The notes under the pieces: generated by a model | Databases searched by the model: none | Told to the model about the DNA's origin: nothing | What the model saw: only the letters and a program-made list of their open reading frames with translations | Translations under genes and position numbers: made by a program | Part shown: positions 38,604-48,634 of the stretch, piece after piece | How positions within the stretch are numbered: position 1 is the first letter of the stretch | Layout: the number at the start of each line of letters is the position of its first letter | Source of the DNA: Candidatus Cloacimonadota bacterium | GTDB lineage: Bacteria; Cloacimonadota; Cloacimonadia; Cloacimonadales; GCA-2742885 | DNA: 64,000 bases | NCBI GenBank assembly: GCA_002742885.1 | Contig: PDOO01000035.1 | Coordinates: 1,211 to 65,210 of the forward strand | Direction of reading: 5' to 3'

Positions 38604-39775
38604 TAAAATTTAGCTCCGAACGAGAATGTTTTATTGTAATCGGTAAGCTCTCCGGCTTCCTGCATAGCAAAATCAATATCCAAACGCAAGGTTTTGGTAA
38701 CCGGAACTTGGACACCTATACCGAAAGAAGCTCCTTCGATTTTACCGGCTCGGTCGGAAATATATCCGGCGCGCAACGCCAAAAGATTAAGGTAAATATA
38801 TTCGGCGCCGACATTATAAATAATTTCTTTCATTTCTACGCTGCTGTCATCATCATACCAGCAATGCCAAATTCTTTCAATCGGACCGTAAGCGCTGTTT
38901 GCCAAAAGTTTATTCATATCGGCATTAATGGTTAAACGATTATATTTTTCTTCCAATAATCGATAAGAAAGTCCCATTCTGAAGTTCAACGGAAGAGGAT
39001 CTTCCTGTTCTTCGTTGATAAAGGAAATATCCGGTCCCAAGTTTTGAAGATTCAAACCGAAGTCCAATTTCTTAATTTCCCAATCTTCAGAAAAGTAATC
39101 TTGCCCATCGGTTCCTGCCAAAAAAGCTCCAAAATTATAAATACCGATAAAAGCGTTAACCGGCGAATAAAGGATGTAAGAAGGATTAACGTTGCGTTGT
39201 TTAAGTCCGAAATCAAAAGCCCAGCTCATACCTCGACCTTTGGTGTCAACTTCGGTTTCTCCCGTTCCTTCAGGAGAAAGATCGCTCAAAATATATTTAA
39301 ATTGTATTCCGAGTCCGGTATTTTCGCTGATCTGCTTGGCATAAGATAAACCTAAAGCAAGTTCGTAACTTGAAAAAGTTCCGAGTTCGTCTCCGTTTGC
39401 ATTTGTTTTGGTCTGCTCTCCGTAAGTAAGATAAGTTACGCTTGCGCCCAAAGTACCGATTCCTTTATAGTATTTATCCCAGCCGATGTATTCAATATAC
39501 ATATCGTTAATGCCGTCAACGTCTCCGAGCCAATTTGTGTGCATCCAGCTTACTTCTGATTTACGATTGAAAGCCAAAGCCCCCGTATTCCAATAGTTGC
39601 CGATTGCTCCTTCTGCCTGGGCGACATAAGCCTGCCCCATTGCTCCGGGTCTCGATCCCGGTTCAATTAACAAGAAAATAACGGCTGCTTCCGAAATTGC
39701 GGATAAACTTGTTCCGCAGATAAGAATAGCCAGAATAAACGAAAATGCTCTCAGTTTTGATTTGAAGAAAGTCAT
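38603..39775 (-). CDS. porV: PorV/PorQ-family T9SS outer-membrane beta-barrel protein
   Basis: 390 aa. After the signal peptide, AAVIFLLIEPGSRPGAMGQAYVAQAEGAIGNYWNTGALAF matches the PorV N-terminal block (FL.I.P.AR..GMG.A.VA....WNPA..AF). C-terminal FSFGAKF. Confidence 0.72.
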   Translation of the reverse strand: MTFFKSKLRAFSFILAILICGTSLSAISEAAVIFLLIEPGSRPGAMGQAYVAQAEGAIGNYWNTGALAFNRKSEVSWMHTNWLGDVDGINDMYIEYIGWDKYYKGIGTLGASVTYLTYGEQTKTNANGDELGTFSSYELALGLSYAKQISENTGLGIQFKYILSDLSPEGTGETEVDTKGRGMSWAFDFGLKQRNVNPSYILYSPVNAFIGIYNFGAFLAGTDGQDYFSEDWEIKKLDFGLNLQNLGPDISFINEEQEDPLPLNFRMGLSYRLLEEKYNRLTINADMNKLLANSAYGPIERIWHCWYDDDSSVEMKEIIYNVGAEYIYLNLLALRAGYISDRAGKIEGASFGIGVQVPVTKTLRLDIDFAMQEAGELTDYNKTFSFGAKF

Positions 39776-40261
39776 TAAAATCTCCCTTTTATTTTATTTT
39801 TATTTTAAACACAACAGATATTTCCCGTTTGAAAATAAATCCGTTACCTTTTAATACGAAATTAAATCCGCAATATATTTAATTTCGGACACTCTTAAAC
39901 CTAAAAAGAAAAAGATATATTATTGTCAAATACATAGCTCTGTTTAGAAAAAAAAGCATTCCGAGAATATAAACTATTCCTTATAAATTAATAATCAGCA
40001 ACATGTTTGTCTTTACATTCATCGGGAATATCGTAAGATTAACGAATGAAAATTAATAGTGTTTCAAGAAAAAAACGGAAAGATTAATATATTATTGCTA
40101 TTGCAATAACAATATCAAATACAAGCAATTAATTCTATAATGCAAAAACATCTGATCAGTTTATTTTTCCGTTTATATTTAAATTTCTGTTTTTGTAAGG
40201 ACAAACTTTCTTATTAAAAAAAAACATAATTACAGAAAGCAGTTAAGGCTGTAAAATATCA

Positions 40262-40300
40262 ATAAAAAAATCCCCTCCCTGCCGACAGATACGGGGATTT
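40262..40300 (-). terminator. Orphan rho-independent terminator inside the 1.1-kb gap
   Basis: AAATCCCC (40268..40275) pairs with GGGGATTT (40293..40300). On the minus strand a TTTTTTT run follows. There is no intact gene upstream of it. Confidence 0.6.
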
Positions 40301-40425
40301 GAAATAAACTCTTCAAATTGACAAAATATCTTTACGGCAATTCTTTGATTTATTCTTTGAATAAACCGGCAGTATCAATAATTAATTCAATATCAATACC
40401 TTTTAAAAACATTTTTTCGGAAATT

Positions 40426-40800
40426 TTAATTTTTCTTTTTTACCGCATTTTTTATTACGATTTTAATGTCTTCTTTTCTTCCCTGTTTTCGCCCTTTTTC
40501 TTTGGCGGTATCTTTTATGTTCAGCAAATCGAGATAAATATTGATACAGACCTTACGGAATTGTTATTGTAAACACCCTTCTTTGTCATTTTTTGCAGGC
40601 AAAAAAACGAAACAAGAAAAGCTCTCGCCCCCAATTTCTAATCGTCATTTTCCTTAGTTTCGACTCTGCGAATGCCGGATGGAAAGCTTCAAAAACCTGA
40701 TTTTTATCTTTTCGATTCTCTTTTTCTCCTTTTAAAGAGTCCAAAAAAGTAAAAAAACAAATTAATGCTTCAGAGTCCGTAAATCCCTTAACTATAATTG
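40426..40800 (-). pseudogene. Decayed coding remnant: two frame-shifted ORF fragments of uncertain origin
   Basis: Manual minus-strand translation gives ...GFTDSEALICFFTFLDSLKGEKENRKDKNQVFEAFHPAFAESKLRKMTIRNWGRELF...* (40586..40800). In another frame it gives ...YLDLLNIKDTAKEKGRKQGRKEDIKIVIKNAVKKKN* (40426..40563). The charged KEKGRKQGRKE tail recalls Rpn/YhgA-type nuclease C-termini, but this is weak. Confidence 0.25.
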
Positions 40801-40840
40801 CCGCATCGGCAAAAAAGTTATCATTTTATAAACATGACAA

Positions 40841-40873
40841 AAATAAAAAGCGCAACGGAATAAACCGTTGCGC
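40841..40873 (-). terminator. Rho-independent terminator of the class III aminotransferase gene
   Basis: GCGCAACGG (40850..40858) pairs with CCGTTGCGC (40865..40873). On the minus strand TTTTTATTTTT follows. Confidence 0.8.
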
Positions 40874-40905
40874 CTTGAAGCCGACTGATAAATACAGGTT
40901 AAAAC

Positions 40906-42141
40906 TTACTTAACAATTTCCAAACAAGTTTTAATTTGTTCGACAACGTATTGTAAATCTTCTTCGCTGTGTCTGTGAGCAATATAACCGTGATGATAAG
41001 GTTGCAGGAAGACACCGCGACGTATAAGTTCGGTATAAAATTTAACGCGTCTTTCTTTATAAAGTTTTTGATCATCTTTATCAAAAGTAATAAAAGGCAT
41101 CCAGGGAGCGCCGCTGAAAGTAACGGGCAAACCGCTTTCATCAATAATTTTTTGTACTTTTTCTCCGAAAGCAATACCTTTTGCCTTAATTTGATCAAGA
41201 ATTTTATCTCTTTCCAGTATTTCGATTGTTTTTAATGCGGCAACCTGTTCCAAACTGTTGGGGAAGAAAGTCGAGCTCAGGAAAACTTTTTCGGCAATCA
41301 TATCCATTATTTCAGATTTTCCGACTACGGTTCCTATAGGATAACCGTTTGCCATAGCTTTTCCGAAAACGGAAAGATCGGGAGTTACGCCGAATTCTTT
41401 TTGCGCTCCGCCCAAGTTGACTCTGAAACCGCTGCGAATTTCATCAAATATCAATACACAACCGTATTTTATCGATAATTCTCGTACTCCTTCCAAAAAT
41501 CCCGGTTTAGGCATTTCGACTTCGTAAGCCAAAGGATGACCGACCGGAGTAATGATGATTCCCGCTGTGTCTTCGCCGTGTTTTTTCAAAAGGTCTTCAA
41601 GCATATCAAGATTGTTGTATCGGAATTCATAGACGTCTTCATAAAGTTTTTCGGGGATTCCGCCCTTTACTTCCACGCACCAGTCATGCCATCCGTGGTA
41701 ACCGCAACGCAGGATTTTTTTGCGATCCGTGTAAGCGCGAGCGACTCTGACAGCTGTAGAAGTGGCATCAGATCCTGTTTTTACGAAAACGCATTTTTCA
41801 GCCGAGGGAATTAATTCGATAAGTTTTTCTGCCAATTCGTTTTGAACCGGCTGGGTAAGCGAGAAACAAAAACCTTTATTTTGCATCTGCTCGATTACGG
41901 CATTATCGATTTCTTCTTCCCTGTGTCCTATAATGATTGGACCGTAAGCGCAAAGCATGTCAATGTATTCGTTTCCGTCAACATCCTTTACTTTTCCGCC
42001 TTTTGCCTGATCAAAAAATATCGGATATTCTCCGGGGACAAAATTATACGGTCTTCTGATTCCGAGTATAGCTCCCGGGATAAGTCTGAGAGCATCTTCA
42101 TACATCTCTTCGGAATGAGTTAATTTTAATTTTTCTGACAT
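40906..42141 (-). CDS. Class III PLP-dependent aminotransferase (glutamate-1-semialdehyde aminomutase-like)
   Basis: 411 aa. PLP-Lys context DLSVFGKAMANGYP, and IFDEIRSGFR. Confidence 0.8.
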   Translation of the reverse strand: MSEKLKLTHSEEMYEDALRLIPGAILGIRRPYNFVPGEYPIFFDQAKGGKVKDVDGNEYIDMLCAYGPIIIGHREEEIDNAVIEQMQNKGFCFSLTQPVQNELAEKLIELIPSAEKCVFVKTGSDATSTAVRVARAYTDRKKILRCGYHGWHDWCVEVKGGIPEKLYEDVYEFRYNNLDMLEDLLKKHGEDTAGIIITPVGHPLAYEVEMPKPGFLEGVRELSIKYGCVLIFDEIRSGFRVNLGGAQKEFGVTPDLSVFGKAMANGYPIGTVVGKSEIMDMIAEKVFLSSTFFPNSLEQVAALKTIEILERDKILDQIKAKGIAFGEKVQKIIDESGLPVTFSGAPWMPFITFDKDDQKLYKERRVKFYTELIRRGVFLQPYHHGYIAHRHSEEDLQYVVEQIKTCLEIVK

Positions 42142-42262
42142 AACCGTCTCCTTCTCTAAGGTTATTATTTATTCAATTTACTTTTTTATGCGGAATGTGT
42201 CAAATAAAATAAAATCATATTTCAGGGTTTCGGAAAAGCTTTATTGCAAAAATATTTTTCCC

Positions 42263-43570
42263 TTAAAAACAAGATTGAATAAATATCTTCATTTCCTCAA
42301 TTCCTCTTTTAAAGTAACGCAGTTTTTTTTCTTTTTTGTCTTTTATTTTTTGGGGAAATGCCGGCAATAAACCGAAATTTGCGTTCATGGGCTGAAAATT
42401 ATCTGTTTCGGTTGTCAAATGTCGCCATAATTGACCGCTGATTGTCGTTTTAGGCAAAATTTTAATTTTTTTGATAATCGCCAAAGATGTCAGCAAGCCT
42501 CCCAAAACCGATTCTAAATAACCCTCAAGTCCGGAAATCTGCCCGGCAAGATAAACATGTTCCGCATTTTTTAAGCTGAAATCATTGTTCAAAATAAGAG
42601 GACTGTTCAAATAAGTATTTCGATGAATACTGCCGTATCTCAAAAATTCGGCATTTTTTAATCCGGGAATCTTGCGAAAAATTTCCTTTTGAGCTCCGTA
42701 AGTAAGCATGGTTTGACAACCGACCAGATTATAAGCGGTGCAATCGGCATTTTCGGTTCTCAATTGAATCACGCCGTAAAATCTTTTATCGGTTAACGGA
42801 TGCTCCAGCCCAACAGGACGCATTACTCCGTAACGCAAAGTATCTTTGCCCCTGCGAGCCAATTCTTCAATCGGCGTACAATTTTCGTAAAATTTAAAAT
42901 TAATTCTATCAAAAAATCTGTTTTCAAATTCTTTAGCTTCGTGTTTTTCTCCCTCTCGCAAAGCTTCCGTAAATTCAAGATATTCTTCCTTGGCGAAGGG
43001 ACAGTTCAAATAATCGGACTCGCCTTTGTCGTATCTGGATTTGCTGTAACATATTTCATAATCTATGCTCTCGGCAGAGACAATGGGAGCAATTGCGTCA
43101 AAGAAATACAAATATTTTTCGCCGATAATATTAATAAGGCTTTCCGTCAATTTTTCGGAAGCAAGAGGTCCTGCGGCAATAACCGTCGGTTCGGACGGAA
43201 TTTCAGTTATTTCCCGACGGATTAATTCTATACCGGGATGATTTTCTATGACAGATGTAACTTGAGAAGCGAATTTCTCCCGGTCAACGGCAAGAGCATT
43301 GCCGGCGGGAACGGCATTTTCTTCCGCTATAGGCAATATTTTGCTTCCCAGCAGTCTCATTTCTTCTTTCAGCATTCCGGATGCGGTTGAAGGCAACATC
43401 GACTTAAATGAATTGCTGCAAACAAGTTCAGCCGCTTTATCAGAATGATGAGCTTCCGTTTTCTTCTCCGGACGCATTTCAAAAAGTTTTACGTCAAACC
43501 CGGCATCGGCAAATTGCAAAGCAGCTTCACAACCCGCCAATCCCGCTCCTATTATATTTATTTTTTTCAT
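42263..43570 (-). CDS. trmFO: Methylenetetrahydrofolate--tRNA-(uracil-5-)-methyltransferase TrmFO
   Basis: FAD motif IIGAGLAGCEAA. LVCSNSFK, GQISGLEGY, and the NANFGLLP tail. Confidence 0.9.
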   Translation of the reverse strand: MKKINIIGAGLAGCEAALQFADAGFDVKLFEMRPEKKTEAHHSDKAAELVCSNSFKSMLPSTASGMLKEEMRLLGSKILPIAEENAVPAGNALAVDREKFASQVTSVIENHPGIELIRREITEIPSEPTVIAAGPLASEKLTESLINIIGEKYLYFFDAIAPIVSAESIDYEICYSKSRYDKGESDYLNCPFAKEEYLEFTEALREGEKHEAKEFENRFFDRINFKFYENCTPIEELARRGKDTLRYGVMRPVGLEHPLTDKRFYGVIQLRTENADCTAYNLVGCQTMLTYGAQKEIFRKIPGLKNAEFLRYGSIHRNTYLNSPLILNNDFSLKNAEHVYLAGQISGLEGYLESVLGGLLTSLAIIKKIKILPKTTISGQLWRHLTTETDNFQPMNANFGLLPAFPQKIKDKKEKKLRYFKRGIEEMKIFIQSCF

Positions 43571-43676
43571 AATTAACCTTTTTTATTTAGAGGTTTTATC
43601 GAGATTCAGAGTCTTTGTGTTCTTTTTCATCGTTAAGAAACAATAACAGACAAAAAATAATAATTTATCGAAATGT

Positions 43677-44357
43677 TCAGGCATTAATTTTAACCTCATA
43701 AGGAATCGGATCCTTTAATCCGGCTTCTCTAAATGCTTTTAATCTTAAATAACAGCTGTCGCAAACACCGCAGGCAACATCATTTTTACGATAACAGCTC
43801 CAACTGTATTGAAAAGGGACGTTTAACTTTTTGCCCAATTTTGCGATTTCCGCTTTTGTTTTATGAATAATCGGAGTAATTATTTGTATTTTTGTTTCAT
43901 CTTTGGTTCCCAAGTCAACGGCTTTTCCCAAATTTTCGTAAAAAACCTCACGGCAATCAGGATAACCGGAACTGTCTTCTTCCACTGCTCCTATATATAT
44001 TTTTTCTGCTCCGATCACCTCTGCCCAGGAAACGGCAATGCAAATCAAATGAGCATTGCGAAACGGCACGTAAGAATCGGGAACGCCTTCGAAATTTTCG
44101 TCATGATCGCATATTTCCAAAGAATGATCGGTTAAACTTGAACCTCCTATTTTGGTCAGGTAACTTATATCCGCTTCCAAAGTATCTTTCGGTTTATAAT
44201 ATTCTTTCAATTTATAAAAGCATTCTTTTTCTTTGCATTCCGTTTTTTGACCGTAATTTACGTGAAGAAAATAAATTTCGTCGCATTCTTTTTCTGCAAT
44301 TCCGACCGTTACGAGGCTGTCCATTCCCCCGCTGACCAAAATAATTCCTTTTGTCAT
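43677..44357 (-). CDS. queC: 7-cyano-7-deazaguanine synthase QueC
   Basis: PP-loop LVSGGMDS. C-terminal Zn cysteines CYRKNDVACGVCDSCYLR. Confidence 0.92.
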   Translation of the reverse strand: MTKGIILVSGGMDSLVTVGIAEKECDEIYFLHVNYGQKTECKEKECFYKLKEYYKPKDTLEADISYLTKIGGSSLTDHSLEICDHDENFEGVPDSYVPFRNAHLICIAVSWAEVIGAEKIYIGAVEEDSSGYPDCREVFYENLGKAVDLGTKDETKIQIITPIIHKTKAEIAKLGKKLNVPFQYSWSCYRKNDVACGVCDSCYLRLKAFREAGLKDPIPYEVKINA

Positions 44358-44847
44358 ATATTCTCCCGAAATTTAACCCGGAAAGCCGATATTCACGTAA
44401 GATTTGATTATCTGCTGATTATCCGGATTTAATTTTGAGTATTCAAAAATTTGATTATGTCGCATGTCAATTTATTTGTAAAATTACCTCCTGTATTTTT
44501 AAAAATTCAAAAACATAAAGAATTCATCGGTTTTCCATAGCCAAAACATTCTCCTTTTTACCGGACTTAAAAATTTATTTCAAGACAGTGAAAATATATA
44601 CTTAATTATTTTAAATAAAGCAAGTTAAAGGACATATTGAAGGTTAAAAAAAAATAAAGGTTAAGATGCATGAAACATTATCCCTATTTTTTACTTGATT
44701 CGGAAAGCAATAAAGAATTTTCGGTATTTTATAATTAATGCAGATTTAATTGCGGAATTAACATTAAACAGGTAAACAAAATAAAACTTTTCGGAAGATA
44801 AAAGTTCCCGGCAAAGAATTACTTAACGGCAAAGCAAGAAGGGATTA

Positions 44848-45483
44848 ATGGCAAAAAACAGTTTCGGAATATTCAATAAGATAATATTCTTTACAGAAAA
44901 ATACGTTGCAGCCGCTTTCATTTGCATTGCCGGTTTGACTTGGCGCTACAAAATTCACGGAGAAATTCGTCCGGCAGACAGAAATTTATATATTTTTTGG
45001 CACAGAAACATTATTCCGCTGGCTTGGAACAGGAGCTTTGAAAAGATAGCCATTATGATAAGCTCTTCAAAAGACGGCGAACTTATTTCCGGTCCCGTTT
45101 CCGTTTTGGGTTATATTCCCGTAAGAGGTTCTGCGACAAGAGGCGGGTCAAAGGCTTTGAGAGCAATGAAAAAATTAGCCGAGACCAACAATCTTGCCGT
45201 AACGCCGGACGGTCCGAAAGGTCCGGCTTATCAAATTAAAGACGGCACCTGGTTTCTTGCTTACATTACGGGATTGCCTGTTGTTACGGTAGCTGTTGAC
45301 TGTGAAAAAGAGTGGACTTTCAACTCATGGGATAAACTGCGTCTGCCCAAACCTTTCAGTAAAATAAATATCCGATACGGCAAACCGGTTTATATAAAAA
45401 ACAAAGAAGAAATTCCTCTAAAAAAAGAGATTACGATTGCCGAGTTTAAAAAATCGGAAGAAAAAAATAAATTTAAAAAATAA
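44848..45483 (+). CDS. DUF374 / lysophospholipid acyltransferase-like protein
   Basis: FWHRNIIPLAW, SSSKDGELIS, RGSATRGGSKAL and TPDGPKGP blocks are typical of DUF374. Confidence 0.75.
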   Translation: MAKNSFGIFNKIIFFTEKYVAAAFICIAGLTWRYKIHGEIRPADRNLYIFWHRNIIPLAWNRSFEKIAIMISSSKDGELISGPVSVLGYIPVRGSATRGGSKALRAMKKLAETNNLAVTPDGPKGPAYQIKDGTWFLAYITGLPVVTVAVDCEKEWTFNSWDKLRLPKPFSKINIRYGKPVYIKNKEEIPLKKEITIAEFKKSEEKNKFKK

Positions 45484-45501
45484 AATAAAAAGGAGAGACT
45501 T

Positions 45502-46695
45502 ATGCTTAAGTTATCCGAAAGAGCATTAAATATTCAAGAATCCCCTATAAGAAAGCTCACGCCTATTGCAGATAAAGTTAAAAGCAAGGGAACTCATATT
45601 TATCATCTTAACATCGGTCAACCTGATTTACCTACTCCAAAAGCAATGTTTAACGTCTTTCATAACTTTAACGAAGAAGTTTTGGCTTACGGACCGTCCA
45701 GAGGATTAAAAAACTATCGCGAAAATTTAGCAGGTTATTACAACAGACATGACGCAGACGTAACTTCCGAAGATATCATTGTAACAACTGCCGGTTCTGA
45801 AGCTTTGATTTTGGCTATGCTTACTCTTTGCAGCGCCGGAGATGAAATTATTGTTCCGGAACCGTTTTATACCAATTACAACGGATTTGCAACCGTAACC
45901 GGAGTAAAAATCGTTCCCTGCACCACTTATGCAGAAGAAGGATTCAGATTGCCCGCTAAAGAAGAAATCGAAAAACTGGTCAGCAAAAAAACAAAAGCTT
46001 TTTTGATCTGTAACCCCGGAAATCCCACCGGAGCAGTATGTACCCGAGAAGAACTTGAAATGATTGCCGAAATAGCAGTAGAGAAAGATTTATTCATTAT
46101 TTCCGATGAAGTTTACCGAGAATTTGTTTATGACGGAGAAATCCACACAAGTATTTTAAATATAGATTCCGTAAAAAATCAAGCAGTTGTGGCAGACAGC
46201 GTTTCCAAGCGTTATAATGCCTGCGGAGCAAGAATAGGATGTCTTGTCTCCAAAAATCCGGAAATTATTGAAAGCGCCATGAAATTTGCTCAGGCTCGTC
46301 TTTGTCCTCCGACCATAGATCAAATGGCGGCCAATGCCGTTACCGAATTGGGCGAGAATTATTTCAATCCCATTATAGCAGAATACGACAAAAGAAGAAA
46401 CATCGTATTTGAAGAGGTTCAAAAAATAGAAGGAGCTGTTTGCAGAAAACCGAAAGGAGCTTTTTATATAATGGTAAAACTTCCGATTGATGATTGCGAA
46501 CCTTTTGTAAGATGGCTTTTAAACGAATTCAGAATCGATAAAGAAACCGTAATGGTTGCTCCGGGCGAAGGATTTTACGCCACTCCCGGACTCGGGAAAA
46601 GCGAGTTGAGAATTGCCTATATTTTAAAGGAAAAAGATTTGCGAAAAGCAATGAAAATATTCCGGGAAGGATTTGAAATATTCAGGAATATGTAA
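45502..46695 (+). CDS. Class I/II PLP-dependent aminotransferase (aspartate aminotransferase-like)
   Basis: NPGNPTG, and PLP-Lys context SVSKRYNACGARIG. 397 aa. GGAGAG SD. Confidence 0.85.
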   Translation: MLKLSERALNIQESPIRKLTPIADKVKSKGTHIYHLNIGQPDLPTPKAMFNVFHNFNEEVLAYGPSRGLKNYRENLAGYYNRHDADVTSEDIIVTTAGSEALILAMLTLCSAGDEIIVPEPFYTNYNGFATVTGVKIVPCTTYAEEGFRLPAKEEIEKLVSKKTKAFLICNPGNPTGAVCTREELEMIAEIAVEKDLFIISDEVYREFVYDGEIHTSILNIDSVKNQAVVADSVSKRYNACGARIGCLVSKNPEIIESAMKFAQARLCPPTIDQMAANAVTELGENYFNPIIAEYDKRRNIVFEEVQKIEGAVCRKPKGAFYIMVKLPIDDCEPFVRWLLNEFRIDKETVMVAPGEGFYATPGLGKSELRIAYILKEKDLRKAMKIFREGFEIFRNM

Positions 46696-46702
46696 ATTAT
46701 CG

Positions 46703-46726
46703 GGGCTTTTTATAAGCCCTTTTTTA
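46703..46726 (+). terminator. Rho-independent terminator
   Basis: GGGCTT-TTTAT-AAGCCC followed by TTTTTTATTTTT. Confidence 0.7.
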
Positions 46727-46746
46727 TTTTTGCAAAAGGAGAGAAG

Positions 46747-48222
46747 ATGAAAGTATTGTCCGTTGAAGAAATGAAAAAATACGATCAAAAAACCATGACG
46801 GAATTCGGAATACCGAGCCGAATACTCATGGAAACCGCAGGTAACGGTTGCGCCGATTTTATTAAATCAAAAATAAGTCGGGATTCGGATGTTCTCGTCA
46901 TTTGCGGAAGCGGAAATAACGGAGGCGACGGATTTGTCATTGCCCGCAGACTTTTCAATTACGGTTTCAAAGTCAAAATTTTTCTTTTCGGAAATCCGGA
47001 AAAATCATCTCCCGAAACAAAAATAAATTATGAATTGGCGCGGAAACTTAATATTCCCGTTCAATCTTTGGATCTTTCCGAAAAGGATTTTACCGAGTTA
47101 AACATAAATAAAAATACTGTAATTGTCGAGGCTTTATTCGGAATCGGTTTCAAAGGCAATCTGTCTCCTGAACTCTCAGATTTTGTCACGTTTATCAATG
47201 AAAAATCCGGCAAAGTTTTTGCCGTCGATATTGCCGGCGGAATTGAAGGGAACACGGGTAAAACCGAAAATTCTTTTCGAGCTGATTATACTTTGGCGAT
47301 TGCCAAGCCGAAATACGGACATCTTCTCGGAAAAGGTTTTATTAACTCGGGAAAACTCGAAATTGTTAAGATCGGTATTCCGAAATCGTATTTTGAAGAA
47401 GCCGATGCCCGATTGATTACCGAAAAAAACGTTAAATTTCCTGAACGGAGAAGAGAATTTAACAAAGGGAATTACGGAAAACCGGGAATTATTGCCGGTT
47501 CTCGAGGTTTAACGGGAGCGGCAATCATGGCTTCTCGGGCAGCATTAAGAAGCGGAGCCGGATTAATAACTTTATTCCATCCCGAAAATCTTGCGGATAT
47601 TTTTGAAACATCTCTCACCGAAGTAATGACAAAACCTTTAAAAAATGCAAAAGGAATTTTAAATTATTTAAAAAGCTGTTCGGTAATCCTTCTCGGTCCC
47701 GGCTTGGGACAATCAGATTTTGCCGTTAAAACAGTGAAATGCGTTTTGGAAAATTATTCCGGAAAGCTGGTTATCGACGCGGACGGACTTAATATTTTAT
47801 CCGAAAATCCGGAATTTATGACATCAAGTTCGGCAGAAATAATTCTTACGCCTCATCTCGGAGAATTTGCCCGTTTATCCGGAAATACAATTGAAGAAAT
47901 CACGGCTGACCCGATCGGCAAATTAAAAGAATATTGCCGAAAGCGCAGAGTCTCCGTATTATTAAAAAACTTTACATCCGTTTTTTGCCGCAACAATAAA
48001 TTAAGCTTTATAACATCAGGCAACGACGGATTGGCTACAGGCGGCAGCGGAGATGTTTTATCCGGAATAATAACCTCTTTTCTCGCTCAAAATCTTGATC
48101 CCGAAAATGCAGTTCCGGCAGCTGCTTTCTTACTGGGCAAAACAGCGGAAAAAGCATCCCGGAAAAGAGAGCCGAGATCAATAGTTCCTACAGATATTAT
48201 AAACAGCCTGTTTGTCTTTTAA
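46747..48222 (+). CDS. nnr: Bifunctional NAD(P)H-hydrate repair enzyme Nnr (epimerase/dehydratase)
   Basis: The N-terminal YjeF_N part has CGSGNNGGDGFV. The C-terminal carbohydrate-kinase part has GPGLG and GGSGDVLSG. Confidence 0.9.
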   Translation: MKVLSVEEMKKYDQKTMTEFGIPSRILMETAGNGCADFIKSKISRDSDVLVICGSGNNGGDGFVIARRLFNYGFKVKIFLFGNPEKSSPETKINYELARKLNIPVQSLDLSEKDFTELNINKNTVIVEALFGIGFKGNLSPELSDFVTFINEKSGKVFAVDIAGGIEGNTGKTENSFRADYTLAIAKPKYGHLLGKGFINSGKLEIVKIGIPKSYFEEADARLITEKNVKFPERRREFNKGNYGKPGIIAGSRGLTGAAIMASRAALRSGAGLITLFHPENLADIFETSLTEVMTKPLKNAKGILNYLKSCSVILLGPGLGQSDFAVKTVKCVLENYSGKLVIDADGLNILSENPEFMTSSSAEIILTPHLGEFARLSGNTIEEITADPIGKLKEYCRKRRVSVLLKNFTSVFCRNNKLSFITSGNDGLATGGSGDVLSGIITSFLAQNLDPENAVPAAAFLLGKTAEKASRKREPRSIVPTDIINSLFVF

Positions 48223-48244
48223 ACAAATAGAAAAGGAGAAAAAA

Positions 48245-48634
48245 ATGAAAGATTACAATAATTGTTTTGCTTGCGGATGCGAAAACCCTATCGGGTTAAA
48301 ATTAAGTTTTTCTTATAAAGATAAAACTGCTTTTGCGGAATTTTCGCTTTCCCGAAACTTTGAAGGTTATCCCGGGGTAATCCACGGCGGCATAGTTTCC
48401 GCTTTGCTGGACGAAGCTATGGCAAAATCCTTTCTGCAAACCGGAATCGAAGCAGTAACAACCAATTTGAAAATAAAATTCAAGCTTCCCGTAAAAGCCG
48501 AGGAAATTCATACTCTGAAAGGAGAGACAATAAAAGAAACAAGACGCACATTTGAATGCCATGCAGAAATAGTAAATTCTGAAAATCAAGTATGCGCTTT
48601 CGCAGACGCTGTTTTTTTTAAAATAAAAAAATAA
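48245..48634 (+). CDS. PaaI-family hotdog-fold thioesterase
   Basis: CFACGCENPIGL and PGVIHGGIVSALLDEAM. I prefer the ATG at 48245, which follows AAGGAGAA, over the track start at 48212. Confidence 0.8.
   Translation: MKDYNNCFACGCENPIGLKLSFSYKDKTAFAEFSLSRNFEGYPGVIHGGIVSALLDEAMAKSFLQTGIEAVTTNLKIKFKLPVKAEEIHTLKGETIKETRRTFECHAEIVNSENQVCAFADAVFFKIKK

Noticed and set aside
40318-40572. 84-aa plus-strand ORF in the large intergenic gap
   Set aside because: It has a TTG start and no SD. Its sequence is extremely low-complexity (F, I, S, Y). It lies antisense to the decayed fragments that translate more sensibly.
44358-44460. Possible preQ1 riboswitch in the queC leader (minus strand)
   Set aside because: The leader reads ...CGGCUUUCCGGGUUAAAUUUCGGGAGAAUAUAUG. 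It has only a 3-4-bp pairing and lacks the P1 stem and the A-rich tail (..AAAAAACUA..) of preQ1-I. I also see no preQ1-II or preQ1-III features. A cmscan would settle it.
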